64,000 nt of DNA from the human T2T-CHM13v2.0 reference genome, Homo sapiens, in NCBI RefSeq assembly GCF_009914755.1, contig NC_060942.1; one strand, given 5' to 3'. Below, one piece after another: positions 29,801 through 41,572 of the stretch (position 1 is its first letter; every line of letters begins with the position of its first letter). The position numbers and the translations under genes are program-made. The notes beneath the pieces are model-generated. The model was not told where the DNA came from. It did no database searches and saw nothing but the letters and a program-made list of their open reading frames with translations.

Positions 29801-31559
29801 TCTGCAACATTGTGCAATTCCAGACGCTTTTATTGTTTGAAAACAGATACGCACAATTGCTTTGCCGTGCAGGAATTTAAAAATTTCAGCTCAACTCTGC
29901 CCACTCATCTCTCTGCCTTGTCTTCTGCAAACTCAGTCCTCAAAATGAGTTCCTGATGTCTTTCAAGCAGGCGTTATTTATTAAGAATTTTTCCAACGTA
30001 AATAAAGGAAGGAAGAAAATGGAGGGATTTTTAAAAAGTATGAGAATGGTAGGAAAACACGTGTGTTCAGTTAATTTTTTATTTGTCTTTTAAAAAATAA
30101 AGCGAAAGAACTGAAACCTGGTAGTTTTCCTGTGGGAGTGGAAGGAACCTTCATTTCTTTGGGGACCTGGAGTGTTTGTTCTCGGGTTGAGGAAGCAAGT
30201 TTGTGATTTGCCGTCTGATTGTTGACGAGCCTTAAGGACGTTGATTAGCAGCTTTCCCCAACACGTTTAAGGACCACATGCTTCACGCTATGGAGACCCT
30301 GTAGTTTGGTTGGAATGAGAGGACCAATGTACAACTGTGACCGGGAGACAGAGTCTGTAAGAATGAGAATGCCTAAAGTCTCAGACCTCAGAGAATGGTG
30401 GTTTCTACCCAGCAGAGCTTCCACCTTCTTAATGGCGAAGCAAGTATCTCACAACTGTGAACTTTTCACTAAAGCCCTTTTACTTTTAAATCGGTGATTT
30501 TTTCCCCCCTTTGGTCTGAAAGTAAAAACAACTTCGCTTTACTTAGAACATTTCATTTTTAAAGCATACAGGTCTGGTTTCAAGATGGAGTTTCATCAAA
30601 GGCTGTTGATGGGGGATTTAAAAGGTTTACTTGTCACACAATTTCTCTTTTGTAGTTTTTAAGAAGCCCTCAGGAAAAAAGGTGTGAATATTTCCTGTAC
30701 CGTGCTATGATTCCTTTTTTAGACTACCAGTTTGTGTCGTATGAGAGAAGGATGGAGATAGTTGTAGAGTCAAATTTACCCTTTTTAGTTGATGATTTAG
30801 GTACTTGCATGTTTAAGTACTTCTTGCTTTGAAGTCTCCTGTGATATTTATTTTAATGGTCTTTTTTAACCCTTCTTTAGTAGGCGAAAATACTACCTTT
30901 ACATTGAAAGCATGAAATTTTTGCACTATCTAAGAAATTTTATGCACTGTTAATAGAAGGCAGTATATGAGTGGTTGGAAAACTCTCTCCCAGCAACAGC
31001 AGAGAGATGCCCCTTCAAAGATACTTCTCTGTGGGTGAGTGCGTTGGAGGTGTCCAGGGAATATTTACCTTGTATAGCTAGGTGCTGTCTGCTTGTATTT
31101 TGAAATGGGAACTGAAGATAAGGCAGGGAAAACTGTAGTACCTCTTTTCTGCCAAGCACAGTGCTAGACACATTCCCTTATATATTCTCACTATTCTCAT
31201 GACAACAAAAGAGTGAGGTGTATCTTATCATGACAGTTTTGTAACGAGGGACATGAGACTTAGTTTTTACTGTGGACCAGGACACAAACACTATAGTTCT
31301 AAATCAAGGACTCTTTTCATTTTACCATTCTGCTTCCCTCACTAAATTTATGATAATTTGTCATCTGCTCTGAGACCTTATTTTCCAGCAATGTTAAAAA
31401 GCCTTTTTTAGAGATGGTGGGAGGGAAAAAGACAGGTAGACAGAGATGGTATCATCCTATCAGCTTTCCTTGGCTCCATCTGATTTGTTTGTGGTGTGGA
31501 CAATCATTGCGTTCTTCCCCCCTCCCAAAAGGTGCTTCTGATGTATGTTTTGGAAAGCA

Positions 31560-31775
31560 CGGTTGCATACAGGTGTGATCATGGACCAGAGTCCTGCAAC
31601 CTGGGTTCCAGTCTTTTGCCATTTTGTGGCTGCTGACTTTGGTTTCTCAAAATTTGCTTCCTTATCTATAAAATAGGAGTAACAGTAAGAGTACCCACAT
31701 TATCGTGTGGTGGTTAGAATGAAAAGAAATAATCCATGGCCCCGACTAAGTGTAAGCACTCAATAAACTCTAGCT
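31560..31775 (+). mobile_element. MIR
   Basis: CCTGGGTTCCAGTC..TTTGCTTCCTTATCTATAAAATAGGAGTAACAGTA..TAAGCACTCAATAAA. Confidence 0.7.
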
Positions 31776-33957
31776 AGCTTCTGTACGTGGTGCCTTCCCC
31801 GCTAGTATTGTGTTTTCTTCTTGACTGCATAGTTCGAGTACAAGACACAATGTCCTGTGTGCAGGTAGCTTTTCTATTTAAAGTTCATCTTACGTATTAC
31901 GTATGAAGGATTTAAGACTCTGTTATGCATTGGGAAACTTCCCTTTCTGTTCCAAAGTTAAATGGCCTGCTGAAGGCTCAGCAGTGACTTGATAAATGTT
32001 TGAGGAGCACCCCCCTGGCTCATTTTATCTACATAACAGGGATAGGCAAATTACCCTCTCTGTCTCCTTTTTTAATGATTGTTTATCACAGGGGGACACC
32101 CTTCCTCTACTAGTAAACCTTCCAGAGTCTTATTGTTACAATTTAACAGTAGAAACGTATTTTGTATCTAGTGTAACAATATTTTTTATTAAAGCAAGAA
32201 GGTCATTTTCTCATGCCACCTTACTAGAATGGTGAAAGTTTATCAACAGCTGCCTGATGAGAAATGGTTACTTTGTAGAAACAGATTATCCTGAAGGCCA
32301 CTCTTGAATTCGTGGCAAGTCTGGATTGTATAATTCAGATATTATGCATATAGGAATTAGAAATACATGCACAGTTAGAAGCCTTCTTTTGGAATATAGG
32401 GCAGCTCCCTGGTTGGGATTTGAAACTGTAGCTGCCTTTCTATTGGAAGTATAGTAATAATGTAGCAACAAACTGCCCTTTGGTGGTGCTGAGCCACCAT
32501 TATGCACTTTGAGGTGTTTTCCCAAAGGTTAGGATAGATTTGTCCTGCTGGAGGGCGCTTCTGCTTTGAACCCAAGTCCATGTGTTTGTAAGTTCGTGAT
32601 CTTGACCACCTGAAGTCAAGTTCCTGATCTTGGTCTTAGTGCCCAGTGCTCTAGTCTAGCAGCAGTCGCTCCCCCTCCACACACACACACACTCATTCCC
32701 TTCCTCACTCACTGTTTGCATATGTGACGTGCACTCAGACCTTTAGTTGCTCAGGCACATAAGACAGGCTGTGGGTTAGGTGCCAAAGACATGTGCTAGA
32801 TATTTCGGTGCTGCAATGTAGGTGTAGGTAAAGCTGATGGTGATAGGGAGGCTGGGAGACATACGCATGGTCCCCTGGAGCCTGTGGAAGAAAAGAGAAG
32901 CAGCGTCTAACTCAGCCTGAAGGACAGTTTTGTGGAGGAAATGATGCCTGAGCATTATGATGGGGTAGAAGAGAATCAGTTGAATGAGGAGTTGGGAGGG
33001 GCGGGGCAAGGAGAAAAGGAGAATGTGAGAGGTGGTGAGGTTTAAACGGAAACCTAGGAGAGGAAACAGCGGAAAAACCCACGTGGAGACATGAAATGAC
33101 ATTGGGAAAAGAGTGGTCAGAACTGCAGGCTCACAAGTGTTGCTAGGCCGTTGCACTGGATGGCTTGTTCTGCACTTATTTTCTTCCTACCACTGGTCAG
33201 TCCATGTTTCCCATGGTCGGTGCTTTCCTCAGGTTTACTTTGCTACTGGGTGTCTCGTCAACTCACTTTTCACCATGACCATTGTCCACAGCGTGGCTGT
33301 CACAGCCATAATTCACCGTTGGCTCCTTGGGACTTCAGGATCCTAACGTCACCACCTTTTTTCTCTTTATGGCTTGACATATTACTTTTTAACAGAGGAC
33401 TGGCAGTAATGAAGCACATGGAGGCCTGAGGAGCGTGAGACGTTTGGAGCTTCTGACCCAAATGAGCTTCGCAGTTCTTATTTCTGCTGCCCTGATGCTG
33501 AGCCTCCCTCCTCCCCTCTTGAGGTTACCAGCCCATCTCCCGCTTTAACTCTTGGCATTCTTTTTGATCCTAAGACTTCTGCAGTCTTTACCTCTGCCAG
33601 GGCTACTACCAGTTTCTGGCTGTAGATATTTTAAAGAGTCCTACTTACTCATGGTCAACTAAAATAGGAAACATGTATCGTTACTATGAATGTTTATTGG
33701 TACATAGTTGCTATGAATTGTGACACTTCCTTTTCCATTTTAAACTATAAAATGGCGAAAATGTATTAAAAAGCAAGAAAAATGTATAGTAAGTAATGTG
33801 AGTGTACATCAAAGGAATGTATGGACCCTAAATTGTTTAACACAGTTTTTGGCGCATGTGACAAAGCCATATGAGAAAGCCATAGGATCTGTGGCCTCAT
33901 TTTGTGAGCATGTTGATTGCAGAGCCAGTGTTATCATACAGATGGTTCCATATAATC

Positions 33958-34175
33958 CAGGAGTTGGTAAACTATGGCCCGTGGGCCAATTCTAGCCTGA
34001 CACCAGCTTTTGTAAATAAAGTTTTGAGACACAGCCATGCTCATTTGGTTATGTGTGGTCTGTGGTTGCTTGTGCACTACACCTGCAGAAATGAGTAGTG
34101 TCAGAGACCATATGGCATGCAAAGCCTAAAATATCTACTCTCTGGCCTTTTACAGAAAAAGTTTTTTGACTTCTG
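33958..34175 (+). mobile_element. MER58A (hAT-Charlie)
   Basis: CAGGAGTTGGTAAACTATGGCCCGTGGGCCAA...GCAAAGCCTAAAATATCTACTCTCTGGCCTTTTACAGAAAAAGTTT. Confidence 0.9.
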
Positions 34176-34219
34176 AGAAAACCTCAGCGCTTCCTGGAGA
34201 AACTCAAAGGCGCTTGTAA
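34156..34219 (+). CDS. TTC39C: Alternative terminal exon of TTC39C (coding part), giving a 76-aa short isoform ending ...QYRKSFLTSEKTSALPGETQRRL*
   Basis: Acceptor CTCTCTGGCCTTTTACAG|A; read on from exon 1 (AG+A=Arg) it gives 20 more codons then TAA at 34217-34219; a short TTC39C isoform of about this length is recalled from memory, not verified. Confidence 0.6.
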
Positions 34220-34781
34220 GAGATGTTGAGTCAGCAGGCCTCTGAGCCTCTTCTCTGCCTAAAACCATGTCAGATTCTTGGGAGGACTGGAAGGACTTGC
34301 AGGCTGTCCATGATTTCTAGACAAGTCATCTGCTCACAGACAAGAATGTGTCTCTGCCTTGCTCCTGGAGACGATAGGAGAGTCCACAGATGCAGAGATG
34401 TAAGAAAAGGAGAAGAAATGAAAAGCAGAAATGGTTTAAGGGAACTGGCGGGAAAGACAGGAAACTCATCTGTTGACTTTTTCCATCCTCTTCAACTCAG
34501 TGGTGTGTTGGAAAAAGGCATCTTTTTTCCCCCAACTATTACACTGTCTGAAAAGGTCCTAATTAAATATTCATTAAAGATTCATTTGGCTTGAGATTCC
34601 TTTTAAAATGCCACTGCCTGTAGAATAATAGGAGAGTTTGGAGGAAATTATCAGGAAAAAAATACCTGTGCTATAGTGTAAGTCTCTGTAAGTGTGTACA
34701 AGTGTACAAGAAACACTTGTACAAATACACAATGCGAAAGATGTGAGCCTTTAAAAGAATGTGTTCTCTAAGTCACATATG

Positions 34782-35103
34782 TAGTTATCCCTCAGTATTC
34801 ATGGGGGATTGGTTCCAGGACCCCCAGCGGATACCAAAATCTGTGGATGCTCAAATCCCTGATAGAAAATGGCGCAGTATTTGCGTATCACCTACACACA
34901 TCCTCCCATATACCTGAAATCGTCTGGTAACTTATAATACCTAACATCATGTAAGTGCTATGTAGATAGTTGTTATACTGTGTTGGTTAGGGAATAGTGA
35001 CAAGGGAAAAAGTCTGTATATCTAGTACTAATGCAACCTTTTTTTCCAAGTATGTTTGATCTGCGGCTGGTTGTGGAATTCGCGGATACTGAGGGCTGAC
35101 TGT
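34782..35103 (+). mobile_element. MER2 (TcMar-Tigger), near full length
   Basis: ATCCCTCAGTATTCATGGGGGATTGGTTCCAGGACCCC...GGATACTGAGGGCTGACTG TA. Confidence 0.9.
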
Positions 35104-35821
35104 ATTGTATTAACCGATTGAGTGAGATTACCTTTTTTCCCCTCATTTAGTTGAAAGAAGCTATATTGAGTGAAATAAAGTTTTGATGAGGATTTTTTTT
35201 TAAAAGGGAGAGAGAAGTAATATTGAAACATGGAAGCACTTTCTATTCTAGTTACACGAAACCACTTGTAGATCCCCAAACGTGGTATTTCAGGAGCCTA
35301 GACCTTTCACGCAGCCTGTTTTAGTTCCTGAAATATCATTTTTGCACCTGGTCTCGTTTCCCAGGGTAATCCTCCTATTTACCCAGCAGCAGCAGTGGGA
35401 CTGGAAGAGGCTACGAAGGACTCAGGGAGAAGAGAGAGTGTCAAGAAAGTACAGAAAAGTAGATGGCTGTGTGGCAAAGATGAATTGATCTACTTCAAAA
35501 CTGCCTAGTGCTAGCTCTACCCTGTGAAAGGAGTCAGGTGGGGTAGGGAAGAACTGGTCCCTGTCCTACACAGCACCTCTTTCAGCACGTCCTCTCCTCC
35601 CAACACCCTAAATTCGCGAGGCCGCTGCTCATTCTGTAACGTGGGTCCGTTTGGGGGTTGAATAGCCTTTGTGGGCTAACCTGGGGAAAATGCCTTCCAG
35701 TTTCTGAACAAGTGACTGCGAATACATGTTTTTATGTAAAATTATTCATGCATTTGCTGTGTAGGAAGAGAAAGTCATGCCTCCTTGAAGTGGATTTGAT
35801 GATTGAGCTGGGGTTTTGCTT

Positions 35822-35957
35822 TTTTTCTTTCCTTCTTTTTTTTTTTTTTTTTTTTTTCCGAGACAGAGTCTTGCTCCATTGCCCAGGCTAGAGTGCAATG
35901 GCACGATCTTGGCTCACTGCAACCTCCGCCTCCTGGGTTCAAGGGATTCTCCTGCCA
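35822..35957 (-). mobile_element. Alu right-arm fragment
   Basis: Poly-T then GAGACAGAGTCTTGCTCC...TTCTCCTGCC. Confidence 0.85.
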
Positions 35958-36397
35958 AGCTGGGCCTTTTCTTATGTAAAGATGGTTGGTGGTTTGCACC
36001 ACCCTTTTCCCTAGCTGAGGTTGCTTTCTCCATCTCTTCCTTCTTGCTCAATAATTTCAGAACACAAGAAATATGCCTACATATATCTAAGGTAGTTACC
36101 CCTGTCTTACAGGAAAACTCAGTTATTACAGAGAAAGCCCCTAGAGAGTCAGGAAGTTCATCTCTTTAAAAAGTCTGTGTTCACAGAGTTTCTGCCATGA
36201 ACAGGACAAAGGTGAGAGGCAGGTCTTTCCTTCAAGGAGGCATTACTTCATACCTTTATTCAAATCTACCTCAAACAGAGTCACTTTAACACTTAGTCTT
36301 GTCCAAAGCTGTAACATCTGTGAACTCACTGGCTTAGGTGACTTTTTTTTCTTGTGTACGTCAATGTAAACACATAATGATAAATGTAAACACATAA

Positions 36398-36593
36398 TGA
36401 TTTCAGGTATATGGGAGGATGTGTGTAGGTGATATGCAAATACTGTGCCATTTTCTATCAGGGATTTGAGCATCCACAGAATTTGGTATCCGCCGGGGGT
36501 CCTGGAACCAATCCCCCATGGATACTGAGGGATGACTACATATGTGACTTAGAGAACACATTCTTTTAAAGGCTCACATCTTTTGCTTTGTGG
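36398..36593 (-). repeat. Inverted duplicate of 34728-34923 (5' part of MER2 plus unique flank)
   Basis: Reverse complement aligns to 34741-34919 with 6 mismatches counted by eye and no gaps. Confidence 0.92.
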
Positions 36594-38218
36594 GCTGGCA
36601 TTGAGCCAGCCCACAGCCCCAGCCTTGCCTGAACTTTTCTCCTTGTTTAATTCCCCTGCCAGCTCTGTGAGGAGTGCCTTTATTATCTCCCTTAGACAGA
36701 GGGAGGAGGAAGAGCCCTGGGATGTGAAGTGGCCCAACTCGGGTCTCGCAGCAGTAGTGGGGAGTGCTGGGGTTGAAACTGGGCTGCATGGCTCCAGAGT
36801 CTGGGTGTGACCATGTGCTATCTACCTCTCTTACAGAACTTCTACAGTAAAAGGATTCACATGTGTCCTGTCAAAGCCATTTTGGGGCAAGTTCCTTCAG
36901 CAATATGCAGATTGCACTCTGACACCCAGAAGCTATCCATCAAACCCCCAGAGAGATCTGTCTTCAGGGGAGATGTCACCCCAAGCTTTAGACGCTCTGT
37001 GGCTCCCAGTCTTGTGTAGGATAAAGCCCAGCCTCCTGGCCTGGCCTCCGATGTCCTGTGATGTGGCCCTGTCTGCTTCCTGTCCTGCTGCCCTTGTCCC
37101 TTCCATGCTAGTTGTGCTGGAATATTTTACGTCATCCAGCCAGGTATATCTTGCTCTTCCAGACACGGCTCAGATTTTTAGCAAAAGGTTGTATGACTCC
37201 TCTGCACTCCTGCGGCATCCCATCCTTACCTTTATCCGGCACTTGTGTTGCATCAAAATTGTTTACACATCTGCCTGTCTGCATGAGAGGGCTGAGATGC
37301 TAGAGTTGGGTAATACCTGGACATCCTCTCCAGGTGTTCCTGGCCTTCCTGAGGTTGCTGGAGTTATGTGGGGTCCAAGTTGTTAAAGGCATAGCAGCTC
37401 CCCTTTATTTGCAGTCAGCAAGTGCAGCCCAGGAGGCGGCTGCCCTGTAGGAGCTCTGAAAACCTTGTTCCTCATCACTCCCTCCCATTCTGATGGCATG
37501 GGTGTGTCTCTTGACCCAATTTGAGGTGCTCCAGACAGGCCCTAATATTGATGTTCTGCTTCTCATAAGCAGTTGCCAGAGCTCCTGCCTGGCCCCGTCG
37601 CTGCCTTTGCCTTGGAACGTCCAGGCTGCCCTGTGCTGAGTAAGGGCGATGGGAAGCAAAGCCGCTGCTGAGCCACATGCAGGTCTCAACAGTGCCATCA
37701 CAAGGAAAGCTGGGCCCTAATGACACTCAGTCTCCTGCTTCCAAAGAGGTCACAGGTGTCAGCTGCACCTGGCCTGGGCATTGTAACTCTGGATGGCTGC
37801 TCTGTGAGCTGTTCTCTACTCAGTGTTGTGTGCAGTGACAAGGAGGCCAGCCCAACTGGTGGGACTTGTGCTTCTCCCATCTGATCCCTTGCAGGGCTCT
37901 GGGGTACCCCTAGGGGGTGGTGCTATGATAATGCTCTGATGTGATTTGCCTGCCTGGCATGAGAAAGTAGAAATGTAACTGCCAGATTCCAAAAGCCAGA
38001 TCCTGCATTTCAGGAAGAACTGGTCTCTGGGAGAATCTGGTGGCTAGGAGGGGAAGCTTGCTAGAGCAGTGACTCTCGACTCTGTCACACCAAATGCCCC
38101 CTTTTGCTAACAAATATTTTGTAATTCGCCTTTTATGATCCTGAAATGAAATTGATAGATGAAATAACCTACTCATGCATACAATGTCTAAAAATCAATA
38201 GAATGCCCAAATAAAATT

Positions 38219-38234
38219 ACATATATATATATCT

Positions 38235-38290
<56 letters not shown>
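38219..38290. repeat. (TA)n/(TATATC)n microsatellite
   Basis: Direct read, abuts the poly-T tail of an Alu. Confidence 0.95.
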
Positions 38291-38316
<26 letters not shown>

Positions 38317-38595
38317 GAGACGGAGTCTCACCTTGCCTCCCAGGCTGGAGTGCAATGGCCGATCTTGGCTCACTGCAACCTCCACCTCCCAGGTTCAAGC
38401 AATTCTCCTGCCTCAGCCTCCCGAGGAGCTGGGACTACAGGTGTGTACCACCACGCCAGGCTAATTTTTGTACTTTTAGTAGAGACGGGGTTTCGCTGTA
38501 TTGGTCAGGCTGGTCTTGAACGTCTGACCTCATGATCTGCCTGCCTCAGCCTCCCAAAGTGCTGGGATTACAGGCATGAGCCACCGCGCCTGGCC
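38291..38595 (-). mobile_element. AluS
   Basis: Antisense dimer; TACATATAT on both sides. Confidence 0.92.
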
Positions 38596-39144
38596 TACAT
38601 ATATTTTTAAAGTGTAAATGCTCAGCACACCTTTATCCGATGATAAAATGAAGTAGTTAGATGATTGCACCCTTGTATAATGAAGAAATTTGGATTTAGG
38701 AGAAGGTGAGAAGGCGCTGCAGAGGAGGAGAGAAAAGAGCAGGTATGCTTTAAAATGAAGGAAGTAACAGACTAAATTTACCCGTAAATGTTAAGGGAAG
38801 GAGGGAAATAACCCTAACCTGCCAAGGCAAAATACTGGCTGTTGAAGTGGTTTTAATAAGAAGTGTGACATTTTTGCAGTGAACCAGGCCTTCTTTGTCA
38901 GGATGGTATTAATTTCCTGTGTTAAGACATAGGATGTGTGCTGACAGAGTGTCTCAGAAAACATATCTCCCATCGTTAAATCCCTCTGCACACCAACAAC
39001 TTTAGAGACCATTGCCTTTAATAGGTGTCCAGGATTAGACGATGAATTGAAAAAATGTTTATAGGATAGTTGAGTGGCAACCGACTCCTGAGGACAGTTT
39101 CAGAGTAAGGTTGAAAAACAAGATTCAAACCCAAAATAAATAGT

Positions 39145-39454
39145 TGTTTTTTGTTTGTTTTTGTTTGTTTGTTTTGACAGTCTCACTGTATCTCCCAGGC
39201 TGGAGTGCAGTGGCATGATCTCAGCTCACTGCAACCTCCAACTCCTGGGTTCAGGCGATTCTCGTGCCTCAGCCTCCTAATTAACTGGGTCTACAGGTGC
39301 GTGCCGCCACACCCGGCTAATTTTTGTATTTTTGGTAGAGATGGGGTTCTGCCATGTTAGCTAGGCTGGTCTTGAACTCCTGGCCTCAACTGATCTGACC
39401 GTCTCGGCCTCTAAAAGTGCTGGGATTACAGTCATGAGCCACTGCGCCCGGCCT
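39145..39454 (-). mobile_element. AluS
   Basis: Antisense dimer with (GTTT)n tail; CCAAAATAAA-type TSD. Confidence 0.92.
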
Positions 39455-39874
39455 CCAAAATAAAATAATTTTGACATGTCATTTTCATGACAGAAGTTTC
39501 AGTATGCTACGTATCCTTAAGAATATTGGGTGGCAGAAATGAAATAAATGTACTAATGAAATGTATCCAGGATTTCATGTATCTTCAATAATTTATTTGG
39601 CTTTAAATATATTAAAAGGAGCTTTCAGTATCCCTATTAAATATTGGCAGGTGATATACAAATGCAAACTGGTTTAGCTGCGGTTTGTTGACAACTCAGA
39701 TGCCACAAGCAGTGTTGCTGTTGGTGACATGGTTTTCCATAATTGTAAACAAATCTTGATAAACTGTGTATTTAAGCAGTGTAAGGAATATTTTGTGTTT
39801 CTACATAAATGGAGGTAGATTCTAGAACTAAATAAACAGTTTTTCATCTGTGTGAACTTCCAGAAAATGTTCAA

Positions 39875-40020
39875 AAGTTTTGCGGGACATGAGACAGTGT
39901 GCTGGATGATCTCATACATTGCAGGATGCCTTGGGTCGTTGGTCCCATTCCACTACAGTCATCATGTCACCCCAGAACGGCCCAACAGGTTTGCAAAATG
40001 TCTCCATTGAGAGGCGCTGA
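39875..40020. mobile_element. MER20-like fragment
   Basis: CATTGCAGGATG..CCCATTCCACTA..TTGCAAAATGTCTCC. Confidence 0.45.
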
Positions 40021-41293
40021 GCTTGGGGTGGGAGGGTTTAGGACCAGATTTGGTCTCTGTGGCTGAATCCCCTAGCCTGCTTAGAACAGCACAATAGCAG
40101 GGTCTTTGTGCAGACAAAGTGGGGCTGTAGGAAGGGAAGAGGCTGCCCAGGCTGGCACAGCTGTGGCTGAAGGAGAGAGGCAGAGAAGGGAGTGTCTCTG
40201 TTGCGTTGGTGACGGCAGGCAGCAGGACAGAGGCCAGGTGTAGGGTCCCTTGAGAGGTAAAGAGCCCCTAGTGTTGGGCTCCCTGGGTCCCACTGCCCCT
40301 AAACACCAGTCACACACACATTGCTTCTAGAGCCCAAACAGCTCCAGAAAAGTATGGCAGTTCAGGTTTCTCTGTCCCTTGCCATGTGGATGGAGAACTA
40401 CTGAGGTTCTTCCCTTCTTCATACTCCACGTGGATCTAGCTTAAAGGAACTGTGTCTCTCCAGCCACCAGGTGACTTTATTTTCCTGTCCTGTTCCCACC
40501 CAACTCTTCCTAACTTTGAATCTCAAAGTATGAACTGGCCTATATGCTTCCCAGGAAGTGAGCAAGTTTTGTTTTTGTTTTTTGCTAAGTAGGTTGTGCA
40601 AGTTAAACGAACAAAAATTTAGTTAAATAGCAAAGGCTAAATCTCCATGAATCAGGGCACAGTTGCCTCAAAGTTCCATGGTCTTTAGAAGCATGGGATG
40701 CTTCTAAAATGTGAGGAAATAGGGTCAGATGCTTCATGGTTTTCTGTTGAGCTTGTACTTAGAAGTAATTGGGAAAGGAAAGCCACATAATGTAGTATGT
40801 TATAGGGCACCTTGATACACAGATAGGCAGAGCTTTCCCTGGTCTCACCCTCAACCATGACATCAGTTGCATCCCATAATACATGTTAGCTCAGCCTGTT
40901 TTACATGCTCAGGTGCACCATAACACTCCTTTTGGGTGGGGCTTTTCCAGGAAGATACGAGTCTGAGCGTGGTGTGCCTCACTCCCAGTGCCTACAGCTG
41001 GGTGTTATTTGCTGCTCTTTCCACTTTGGCCTTCTTAGCACACAGATTATTGTCTTTTGTTGCCTCCTTCCATCTGCAGCAGCCATTCTTTGTGTTGTAC
41101 TTCATTAAGTTATCACTCCGTAAAATAAGCATCAAAGATAAACAGATTTGCAAATATTTATATCATTCTGTCTCTCTTGCAAATGAAACTCTTTGGTACT
41201 ATTCTAACAGGACAGGACAAAAAGAGGGAAAATGACATTTTGAATCCAAATTCAAGTTGAATTTGCTAAATGACGGAGAAACAATTAAGAAAT

Positions 41294-41572
41294 CGGCTGG
41301 GCACAGTGCCTCACACCTGTGATCCTAGCACTTCGGGAGGCCGAGGCAGGTGGGTCACTTGAGGTCAGGAGTTCGAGACCAGCCTGGCCAACATGGTGAA
41401 ACCCCGTCTCTACTAAAAATACAAAAATTAGCCGAGCGTGGTGGTGGGTGCCTGTAGTCCCAGCTACTCAGGAAGCTGAGGCAGGAGAATCGCTTGAACC
41501 CGGGAGGCAGAGCTTGCAGTGACCCGAGATCGCGCCACTGTGCGAGACTCCATCTCAAAAGAAAAAAAAAAA
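41294..41572 (+). mobile_element. AluS/Y with a ~20-nt deletion near its 3' end
   Basis: Dimer; CCACTGTGCGAGACTCC lacks CACTCCAGCCTGGGCGACAGA. Confidence 0.92.

Noticed and set aside
36973-37386. 137-aa ORF in apparently non-Alu sequence
   Set aside because: No recognisable domain; sequence resembles degraded L2; no supporting splice structure
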